This document shows, piece by piece, positions 17,548-24,000 of a DNA stretch of 24,000 bases; within the stretch, counting starts at the first letter, position 1, and every line of letters begins with the position of its first letter. The DNA is from Okeania sp. (GTDB taxonomy: Bacteria > Cyanobacteriota > Cyanobacteriia > Cyanobacteriales > Microcoleaceae). The stretch is taken from NCBI RefSeq assembly GCF_035285525.1, contig NZ_JAYKGW010000186.1, positions 23,963 through 47,962 on the forward strand, written 5' to 3'. Under the pieces are notes generated by a model, which saw nothing but the letters and a program-made list of their open reading frames with translations, had not been told where the DNA came from and searched no databases. Position numbers and translations under genes: made by a program.

Positions 17548-17971
17548 CTAATCTAAAGCAGGATGCCAAACAACATATACCCAAGGTTTTCTAGCAGCAA
17601 CTATAACTAGATTATTAGTTCTTAAAGCTGTAACTCTAGCTCTGGAAACAGCAGTTATACCTTCATTTTTTTCCATCAGAACTCCATTTAAAATGATGCG
17701 ACCATTCTTGTTGACGTGGATTAAATAAAGATACTTTTTCCCCAGTCAAAGGATCGATACATTCAATCGTATTACCTTTAAATTCATTGCAGCTTTGACA
17801 AGCTAAACAAACATTTTCAAAGTTGGTTTCTCCACCTTTTGAAAGAGGATAAATATGGTCGTATGTCATACGAATACCACTATTTATTTCACTGGTTAAA
17901 CAATAACAGCAAGAGTGGCGATCGCTTTCTGCTATCTGAAGTCGTAGAGTTTGAGAAATGTAAGAAGACAT
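17548..17971 (-). pseudogene. HNH endonuclease, frameshifted in an A7 run
   Basis: The track ORF 17663-17971 carries the HNH core (CCYC...YDHIYPLSKGGETNFENVCLACQSCNEFKG) and ends ...WSSDGKK*. Removing one A from the run at 17666-17672 continues it as DGKNEGITAVSRARVTALRTNNLVIVAARKPWVYVVWHPALD* (stop 17548-17550). That matches the usual C-terminal extension of this cyanobacterial HNH family (DGT.I.G.T..GRAT...L..N......R..W...GWHP). Confidence 0.75.
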
Positions 17972-18003
17972 AATTCTTGATTTTTCGTTAATTAATTAAG
18001 ACG

Positions 18004-18399
18004 CTAAACTTTATATCTCCGCCAGTGAAGTAAAGCTACTGCCTGGGCTTTTTTTTAAAATAAATAAATCTGCTTCCTGTCTCATTTTCTTAATTCTAAT
18101 TGTTCATTTTATGTTAATCATCTACTATAATTAGCCTCAAGTAAACTATTATATTTTTTTCATTTATACGTCTGTTTTTGAATGTAAATAATCCGCCATA
18201 AACTATCATCATCTAGTCTATATAATCCAGCAATATCTACTAAAAATTACTCTGCAATATCCTCATTAATAGTAGTATTTTCTACTTTAAAAGTAGGAAT
18301 TACTATATCTTCCACAGAAGATTTCATTCCTATGGCAGTGTTAACTAAACGTTGATAAATTGCTTCTGGAATTTCTAAAGTAACTGTTTGTGTTTGCAT
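18004..18399 (-). pseudogene. Antitoxin-like small protein gene with six in-frame stop codons and no frameshift
   Basis: A single frame from ATG 18399 reads MQTQTVTLEIPEAIYQRLVNTAIGMKSSVEDIVIPTFKVENTTINEDIAE*FLVDIAGLYRLDDDSLWRIIYIQKQTYK*KKYNSLLEANYSR*LT*NEQLELRK*DRKQIYLF*KKAQAVALLHWRRYKV*. Internal stops: 18247-18249 TAA, 18160-18162 TGA, 18118-18120 TGA, 18109-18111 TAA, 18082-18084 TGA, 18055-18057 TAA. It resembles a widespread cyanobacterial family (MQT.TVTLE.PE..Y.RL...A.....S.E..., L..LDDD.LW.IA, E...EL..L, KA.AAALLRWRG); this is from memory. Confidence 0.65.
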
Positions 18400-18512
18400 A
18401 TTTTTTAGTCAGAAATTATCTTTTTTATTAACTAATGGTACAATATTAAATCTGATAATATTAATCCAGTAAAATTTGTAGTAGACTGTTTCATCTAAAA
18501 CTGTGCATTAGA

Positions 18513-18617
18513 TTGTCTCCCTTGTCTCCCTTGTCTTGCTTCTTGCTTCTTGCTTCTTCCTTCTATCATCGGCAATTTTATTCTCCTTGTTCCCTGTTCC
18601 CTGTTCCCTGTTCCCTG
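18513..18617. repeat. Short tandem repeats (STRR-like): TTGTCTCCC x2, TTGCTTC x3, CCCTGTT x4
   Basis: Read directly: TTGTCTCCCTTGTCTCCCTTGTCTTGCTTCTTGCTTCTTGCTTCTTCC (18513-18563) and CCTTGTTCCCTGTTCCCTGTTCCCTGTTCCCTG (18585-18617). These make up the 5' part of track ORF 18550-19338. Confidence 0.85.
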
Positions 18618-18651
18618 CGCGCAGCGCTATAATACAAAAAAAACTAATTTA

Positions 18652-19338
18652 ATGATGAGAGAAACTTCACTTAATATTATTGCCATTGGTATTTTTGTTC
18701 TGACCATGTTTAGTCTACTTGGACCAATGTTTAATGTATCTCCAGTAATACCAGCGATCGCTACTTTTTCTATCCTGGTATTAGCAACTATAGATGTTTT
18801 GGGATGGCAAGGACAGGGAGGTACAATTATTGTAGATTTAGTAGAAGGAACATCTTCAGAAAGACGGGAGCGGATCGTTCGTCACGAAGCAGGACATTTT
18901 TTAGTAGCTTATTTGTTAGAAATTCCTATTAGTGGTTATGCTTTGAGTGCATGGGAAGCATTTCGCCAAGGACAGTCAGCTCAAGGGGGAGTTAGGTTCG
19001 AGGACGAAAAGTTAGCTGCTCAATTAAATAAAGGTATGATTTCCGAGGAACTCTTGAACAAATATTTTACTGTCTGGATGGCAGGTATGGCAGCAGAAGA
19101 TTTTGTTTATGGTAACTCTCAAGGTGGAGCAGAAGATAGAACTAAAATTACAGCAGTTTTGACACAATTAAAACGTCCTGGACAATCTAAAATTAAGCAA
19201 AGTTGGGCATCTGCCCAAGCTCGTACTTTACTAGAAAATAATCATTCTGCTTATGAAGCTTTAGTGAAAGCAATGACAGAAAGAGCGTCTGTTTCTGATT
19301 GCTATCAAGTTATTCAGAATACAGGGAGTGAAGAGTAG
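18652..19338 (+). CDS. Membrane protein with FtsH-like peptidase M41 domain, lacking the AAA module (HExxH present)
   Basis: The preferred start is ATG 18652 (MMRETSLNIIAIG...) because 18550-18650 is tandem-repeat DNA. There are two N-terminal hydrophobic helices, then RHEAGHFLVAYLL (HExxH), WMAGMAAEDFVYG and GGAEDR. Confidence 0.7.
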   Translation: MMRETSLNIIAIGIFVLTMFSLLGPMFNVSPVIPAIATFSILVLATIDVLGWQGQGGTIIVDLVEGTSSERRERIVRHEAGHFLVAYLLEIPISGYALSAWEAFRQGQSAQGGVRFEDEKLAAQLNKGMISEELLNKYFTVWMAGMAAEDFVYGNSQGGAEDRTKITAVLTQLKRPGQSKIKQSWASAQARTLLENNHSAYEALVKAMTERASVSDCYQVIQNTGSEE

Positions 19339-19476
19339 AGAATAGGGGGGCAGAGAGAGGTGTGCTGCACATCTAACTAAAAATGTAGGTTCGGTTGTAG
19401 CTTACTTCTGTCTGACAGTACGACACTGAAATAAAAAAACTTTTGTTGAGGCGATCGCTTCTTCAACTTCATCAAA

Positions 19477-19885
19477 TTAATCTTTTTCAGATGCTATTAT
19501 TTCTAATAAACAACTATAGAAAATTTGAAAACTTTTTGAGGTATTTTCCGTAGAGTTCATATATGGTGAAATATCTCTAGCAGCTCTCAATTTTTCTAAT
19601 CCTTCTTGATGATAACCTTTTCTTTGAAGCACCTCTTGTAAAGCTTCCCAAGTACCACCTTTAATGTTATCTGGGTCAAGATATTTAGATTTTTTATCGA
19701 GACTTTTAGGTACTTTAGGATAAGCTTTAGTCAAAGCTAGAATATCTCCAAAAAACCAAGCTTCTAATTCTTAAATCATAATTTTATTGATTAATTGATA
19801 TTTCTTTTTAGCTTTACTTTTTGCCAGAGTTTTTGTCATAAATCCAGCTTCTATAGCAATTTCTTCTAAGTCTTTCTTTAATTTT
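19477..19885 (-). pseudogene. C-terminal remnant of a DUF4276-like (OLD/Toprim-associated) gene with an in-frame TAA (tentative family)
   Basis: The frame of track ORF 19477-19734 stays open upstream: ...KKLKKDLEEIAIEAGFMTKTLAKSKAKKKYQLINKIMI*ELEAWFFGDILALTKAYPKVP.... The TAA is at 19771-19773. ELEAWFFGD and the C-terminal SKSFQIFYSCLLEI resemble the DUF4276 C-terminal pattern, recalled from memory. No N-terminus: the 5' side is replaced by a Uma2 5' fragment. Confidence 0.4.
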
Positions 19886-20064
19886 TTACACCTACTTCCA
19901 GCATTTTATAACACTCATCTACAGTAAATAATCGTCGCGATAATTGTACAGACACTATTAACTCCTTGAGAATAATTACATGAATTTGTTGAGTGTGAAA
20001 AATTATATTTATTCTAAATATTCTAATTAAAAATTTCTGTTAATCTCCCAATATTTCATCAACA
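19885..20064 (-). repeat. Duplicated fragments of the Uma2 gene: 5' end plus upstream region, and 3' end
   Basis: 19885-20017 parallels 20735-20867 at an exact 850-bp offset. The non-coding part (19957-20017 versus 20807-20867) differs at about one position, and the coding part is more diverged (VSVQLSRRLFTVDECYKMLEVGVKN* versus MVVQLSRKLFTVDQYNKILDAGVF...). 20030-20064 is identical over 35 bp to 20232-20266, the last 8 codons plus stop of Uma2. Confidence 0.85.
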
Positions 20065-20241
20065 AGCGTAGGCCATTGTTGTTCCCGTTAGGGTTGCGCA
20101 GCATGGAACCGAAACCCAACACAACACCAACAATAGTAAGCTTTTGTTGGGTTGAACGATATACAGGATTTTATTTGAAATTATGGTTACAAAATAGAAT
20201 AAATTTATATAGTATTTAGTAATTCATGTCGAAAATTTCTG

Positions 20242-20805
20242 TTAATCTCCCAATATTTCATCAACAGTAAAAGTCACATTAGGGAAAACTTGAATAGTCA
20301 TAGTTTCACCCTTTTTAAAAGTCTGCATATTCTCATAACCATTTCCTTTAGGTTGTCGATAAACTTCCAGACATTTTTCATTCAGATTTACCAACCAAAC
20401 TTCCACAATATTATTCTCAGCATATAAAGGAACTTTTACTTCTCTGTCATATTTAATTGTTGTATCTGACACCTCTATAAGGAGAAATACATTTTCTGGT
20501 TGAGGTTGTTGAGTCCGATAAAAATCTGGTCGTCGTTGCAGCAAACTTATATCTGGTTGTGGTTCAGAAGTATTATTCAATCTTACAGAATCTTGAATTC
20601 CCACAGTAACAGTCTGTGCTAAACGCAAAATGAAAAGTTCGGCAAGACATTTCACACAAGCTGAGTGATGAATACCCATAGGGGACATTTTGACAATTTC
20701 TCCTCTAATTAGTTCTACTCGTTCGTTTTCAGTAAATACTCCTGCATCCAGAATTTTATTATACTGATCTACAGTGAATAGTTTTCGTGATAATTGTACA
20801 ACCAT
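20242..20805 (-). CDS. Uma2-family (DUF820) putative restriction-endonuclease-like protein
   Basis: 187-aa ORF. Family-typical features: FTVDQY..I.DAG.F.....VELI.GEIV.MSP, EPQPDISL, LLIEVSD...KYDREVKVPLYAENNIVEVWLVNL. An AAGGAG SD lies 6 nt upstream of the ATG. Confidence 0.85.
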   Translation of the reverse strand: MVVQLSRKLFTVDQYNKILDAGVFTENERVELIRGEIVKMSPMGIHHSACVKCLAELFILRLAQTVTVGIQDSVRLNNTSEPQPDISLLQRRPDFYRTQQPQPENVFLLIEVSDTTIKYDREVKVPLYAENNIVEVWLVNLNEKCLEVYRQPKGNGYENMQTFKKGETMTIQVFPNVTFTVDEILGD

Positions 20806-20869
20806 TATTAACTCCTTGAGAATAATTACATGAATTTGTTGAGTGTGAAAATTTATATTTATTCTAATC

Positions 20870-20914
20870 GTAACACAGCCTAGAAGGCTGTAACAAGCAA
20901 GATGCTTGTGTTAC
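20870..20914. repeat. Compound hairpin element
   Basis: GTAACAC (20870-20876) pairs with GTGTTAC (20908-20914), enclosing CAGCCT-AGA-AGGCTG and ACAAGCA-AGA-TGCTTGT. Confidence 0.6.
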
Positions 20915-21020
20915 TATTAATAATGTAAAACTTAGTTTTTTTTTAAGTTGATAAAATTATTGTAAGTAGTTAGCTCTCATCTTTCTTCTAGGTGAATGCT
21001 GACAGCTAAATGCTTACAAA

Positions 21021-22574
21021 TTATTCAACATAATCTCCTCCTGAACCATATTTCCATTGTTCCATTAAACGACGATAAAAATATCTCTGTTCTTCTGACA
21101 TTTTTGCTATCAAATTTTCCATTTTTCCCCCTACAGGATATAACAAACTATAAACTCCTAAATTAACATAATGTTTCATCCAGTCTAATAAATTTCCTAC
21201 TCCAACTTGAGGGATAATTTTTATTACTAAACCTGGTTGTTTTAAGGAAGTAACAAATAAAGTTTTTGCCAAAGCAGGAAACTTTACGACATCTTGTAAA
21301 AAAGGTTTCAAAACAGGTTCACCTAACTGTTCCATTACCTGAAAAACACCTGCTAATAATTGATTAATTTGCTCTGATGCAACTTTTTGATTTACCCCTA
21401 TACTCATAGAACGTTGAAATAACCAAGTAACTGATACATTAGGTTGATAAGGTTGTAAAAGTGTCAAAGATTTTAATGATAAATTATCAGTTTGCAAAGC
21501 TTCATCAATACCCAAAGTTAGACGTGGCAAATGACGTACCATAGCTCCAAAACCGCCAAAACTCAGAGGTGACTGACTGCCACTACTATCGCCCACTGGC
21601 AAAATACGATTCCAAGGAGTTTGCAGAGGACTTTGACGATAACAAGGAAAGAATCCAAATAAAGCACGTTGGAATGTAAGTTGACTAAGTTCGACTTTTT
21701 GATATTCTGGTAATAAACGTAGATATTCTTCAAAGAAAAATTCTAAGGAAAATCTATCTGGATGAGCATCTAAATAAGTAAATAAATAAGTAGTGCGCCC
21801 GTCTCTGGCAGGAAATGCTTCCCAAAAATATTGACATTGATTTTCTATCGGAGTAAAGGAAGCAAAAATATCTCCCGTATCATTTTTCGGATATCCAGTC
21901 GCACAAGTACCAACTACTAAACAGACAGCATCAGGTTTTTTGCCTTTCCTTGCTTGTTGCACAATAGGAGAAGAATGCCCCATGGCATCCAGGAGTAGTC
22001 GAGTTTTGAACGATCGCCCATTGCTAGTCTGGATATTGACTCCATCTGGATGAATGGTTGCTGTTTGATAAGCTGTATTTTCAAATAGTTGACCTCCTAC
22101 TTCTAAAAATCGTTGTTTCAGAGTTTCCAATAAATAAACAGGATCGACTCCAATATTGAGAACGTCTTTTACCCAGATGTCAGGAGTATTGGGAAAACTG
22201 ATGCGAGCGGGGTTATATTCAGTAGCGATCGCTTTTTTTAGTTCTTCTGAAGAGAGGAGATTTAATTCTACAAATGTTTCTATTTCTTTGCGGGAAATAT
22301 TCCATTCTTGGATTCTACCTTTGAGAATGCCTCTTTCTAAAAGGGCAACGCGCCAACCTTTTTTTGCCAAAGTAGCACCAATTAAAATACCTAAAGTTCC
22401 TCCGCAAATTATTACATCCCAGTCAGAAGTTTCTAATAATTTAGATTCAGTTTTAACAGTAGTAGGAATAGGTATATTTTCGGCTCGAAGTTTTTGCCAA
22501 ATTTTATCGACTCGTCGTAGAGTTTCTAAAGGGTTTCCGGGAATTTGAGAAAGAATTTGTTCTGTTAAAGACAT
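21021..22574 (-). CDS. FAD-dependent oxidoreductase (lycopene-cyclase / geranylgeranyl-reductase-like superfamily; possibly CruA/CruP-like)
   Basis: 517-aa ORF with an N-terminal dinucleotide-binding fold, DVIICGGTLGILIGATLAKKGWRVALLERG. The length and a later GDSSG motif are consistent with flavoprotein cyclase or monooxygenase-like enzymes. The specific subfamily was not verified. Confidence 0.65.
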   Translation of the reverse strand: MSLTEQILSQIPGNPLETLRRVDKIWQKLRAENIPIPTTVKTESKLLETSDWDVIICGGTLGILIGATLAKKGWRVALLERGILKGRIQEWNISRKEIETFVELNLLSSEELKKAIATEYNPARISFPNTPDIWVKDVLNIGVDPVYLLETLKQRFLEVGGQLFENTAYQTATIHPDGVNIQTSNGRSFKTRLLLDAMGHSSPIVQQARKGKKPDAVCLVVGTCATGYPKNDTGDIFASFTPIENQCQYFWEAFPARDGRTTYLFTYLDAHPDRFSLEFFFEEYLRLLPEYQKVELSQLTFQRALFGFFPCYRQSPLQTPWNRILPVGDSSGSQSPLSFGGFGAMVRHLPRLTLGIDEALQTDNLSLKSLTLLQPYQPNVSVTWLFQRSMSIGVNQKVASEQINQLLAGVFQVMEQLGEPVLKPFLQDVVKFPALAKTLFVTSLKQPGLVIKIIPQVGVGNLLDWMKHYVNLGVYSLLYPVGGKMENLIAKMSEEQRYFYRRLMEQWKYGSGGDYVE

Positions 22575-22770
22575 AATTTTTTTTATTATTAATAATATTA
22601 GTTATTAAACTTGGTTGTATTTATGTACTTAGCATTTTATCATTTATATCAAGTCTTGTTAATAGAACTTACCGACAATAAATTTCGTGGATCAACCTAT
22701 TTTATGTGTAAGTCCTAATTAATCAACTATAATAAAAATAATATTCTATTTATGGAGAATATTTTTTTGA

Positions 22771-22792
22771 GATACTGATAACTGATAACTGA
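22771..22792. repeat. Heptamer tandem repeat (ACTGATA-type)
   Basis: GATACTGATAACTGATAACTGA. The same heptamer repeat occurs at 868-886, and as its complement at 3565-3582. Confidence 0.8.
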
Positions 22793-22824
22793 AATAACCT
22801 TGGTTCTCTACTAGCTAGTTTTTT

Positions 22825-24000
22825 ATGATAAATCAACTCGAACAAAAGCAAAATTTATATTTACATATAGACGGAGATATACCTCAAGGTTTAAAGAAAG
22901 GTACTTTAATTTCATTACAGAGAAGTACCCCAATGAAAATTTATAACTTAGGGTTTCAACCAGCAAAATCAATACCAGAAATACCTCGTTGGTTTCTGCA
23001 AAAATATGCCTCTTTTCCATTTAAAGTTTTAGAACCTTTTGCCGGATCTGGAACCACAATCATAGAATCAATTAAATCTGGAATATCAATTGATTGGCTA
23101 GATTATCATCCACTGAGTCGTTTAATTTGCCAAGTTAAAACAACTATATTTTCAGTAACCGAAGTTAAAGAGGAAATAAATAAAATCCTTCAGAGTGCTT
23201 ATAACCATCAAAAAGCACCAGAAACTATAGACTTTGCCAATAAAGATTTTTGGTTTCAACAGGGAGTACAAGAAGGTTTAGAAATCCTCAGATATTATAT
23301 TTTAAATTCTCCCAAAACTATAGAACCTATTCTGTGGTTAGCATTCGCTTCTACTGTCAGAAAAACATCAAATATGAACGATGGAATGTTACTAGCAGCT
23401 AGGCGATCGCATATTAAAGAAATACCAAATTTATCTAGTTCAGATGTGTTTAAATATTTTGAATTTTATGGCAATAAAGCAATAGATGCAGTTATTGAAT
23501 GGCATCCTTTTATTAAGAGAAATATTTCTCTAGTAAAACAATTAGCTATAGCAGATGCTAGAAAAATTACAGGAGATAAATATGATGCAATAATTACCTC
23601 TCCACCTTATATAAATGCCATAGATTATGTGTGGGCTTCAAAATTTGAACTGCACTGGTTAGGTATGGTAAAAAGTAATCAAGAGAGACTTAATTTATAT
23701 TCTCAAGAAATAGGTACAGAAAGAATACCCAAACAAGAATGTAAAGAGCTTGGTAAAACTGGTTATGAATATCTCGATAAGTTAATAGAAGATATTTTCT
23801 TTGGTAAAAAGTATCAAGCTTCTCAAGGACAAAATCAACTTAGAGCAAGAGTTGTATACAAATATTTTATGGATATGCAGCAACATTTTAAAAGCTGTTT
23901 TTCCTGTTTGAAACCGGGAGGATATTATTGTTTTTCCATCGGCGATTTGAGTAAAATTTGTGGAGTTGATATTCCAGTTGCCAGTATTTTAACAGAAATT
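22825..24000 (+). CDS. DNA methyltransferase (N4-cytosine or N6-adenine type), 3'-truncated by the window edge
   Basis: Open frame of 392 codons from ATG 22825 to the window end with no stop, so it is absent from the ORF track. An in-frame TAG lies upstream at 22816-22818. AdoMet motif I region is KVLEPFAGSGTTIIESIKSG. Catalytic motif IV is DAIITSPPYINAIDY, about 195 aa downstream. Confidence 0.85.
   Translation, partial: MINQLEQKQNLYLHIDGDIPQGLKKGTLISLQRSTPMKIYNLGFQPAKSIPEIPRWFLQKYASFPFKVLEPFAGSGTTIIESIKSGISIDWLDYHPLSRLICQVKTTIFSVTEVKEEINKILQSAYNHQKAPETIDFANKDFWFQQGVQEGLEILRYYILNSPKTIEPILWLAFASTVRKTSNMNDGMLLAARRSHIKEIPNLSSSDVFKYFEFYGNKAIDAVIEWHPFIKRNISLVKQLAIADARKITGDKYDAIITSPPYINAIDYVWASKFELHWLGMVKSNQERLNLYSQEIGTERIPKQECKELGKTGYEYLDKLIEDIFFGKKYQASQGQNQLRARVVYKYFMDMQQHFKSCFSCLKPGGYYCFSIGDLSKICGVDIPVASILTEI

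Larger units (their letters stand above)
2725..23410. repeat. Dispersed HIP1 octamers GCGATCGC (12 perfect copies)
   Basis: Perfect copies start at 2725, 3036, 4070, 7572, 11336, 15277, 17460, 17918, 18754, 19451, 22225 and 23403. 7/8 variants occur near 15980 and 22012. In AT-rich DNA of this length, far fewer than one copy of this GC-rich 8-mer is expected by chance (rough estimate, not computed exactly). Confidence 0.9.

Noticed and set aside
18004-18399. In-frame stops as evidence of stop-codon reassignment or programmed readthrough
   Set aside because: TAA, TAG and TGA all appear as in-frame lesions across the window, and all three also terminate clearly intact genes (TAA for mutL and murF, TAG for the 18652-19338 gene, TGA for the 4238-5062 gene). 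Pseudogenisation is far more parsimonious.
18550-18651. Track start at 18550 for the M41-like protein
   Set aside because: This stretch is tandem heptamer/nonamer repeat DNA. The ATG at 18652 precedes the first plausible TM helix.
22156-22548. 130-aa + strand ORF
   Set aside because: Antisense within the FAD oxidoreductase gene.
22823-23020. 65-aa minus-strand ORF
   Set aside because: Antisense to the 5' end of the methyltransferase frame, which is open for 392 codons and carries canonical motifs.
1-24000. tRNA, rRNA or other canonical RNA genes
   Set aside because: Reading the intergenic regions revealed no cloverleaf-compatible or rRNA-like sequence. This was not an exhaustive computational scan.

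Overview
AT-rich cyanobacterial chromosome segment. At least 12 perfect HIP1 octamers (GCGATCGC), heptamer STRR-like repeats and xisH/xisI homologues point to a filamentous Nostocales-type genome; that lineage call is inference. Intact genes are mostly housekeeping or conserved: mutL, a SirB1/transglutaminase-TPR protein, a DUF1400 protein, an SRPBCC protein, a TM-helix-repeat channel-like protein, a DUF697-type GTPase with an upstream 431-aa conserved hypothetical, murF, an M41-peptidase-like membrane protein, a Uma2 endonuclease and an FAD oxidoreductase. A DNA methyltransferase ORF runs off the 3' end of the window and is missing from the supplied ORF track. The main result of manual translation is that nearly every accessory or defence-type gene is broken, each in a specific way. 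(a) A ~397-codon membrane-protein gene (16134-17323) is cut into five pieces by four frameshifts, each in an A/T run of 7-9 nt. (b) An HNH endonuclease is frameshifted in an A7 run. (c) An antitoxin-like gene keeps one frame for 132 codons but carries six in-frame stops and no indel. (d) xisH has TGG>TAG plus a ~430-bp insertion containing a MITE-like element; xisI has a TAA and a frameshift. (e) A solo tnpB has one frameshift. (f) A DUF4276-like remnant is fused to a duplicated Uma2 5' end and promoter. No CRISPR array, tRNA or rRNA was recognised. No complete novel multi-gene system can be demonstrated from the sequence alone. The best leads are the homopolymer-frameshift cluster, the nonsense-only decay, the truncated permuted-motif methyltransferase, the TnpB element, and an adjacent T-depleted ORF encoding a disordered protein.
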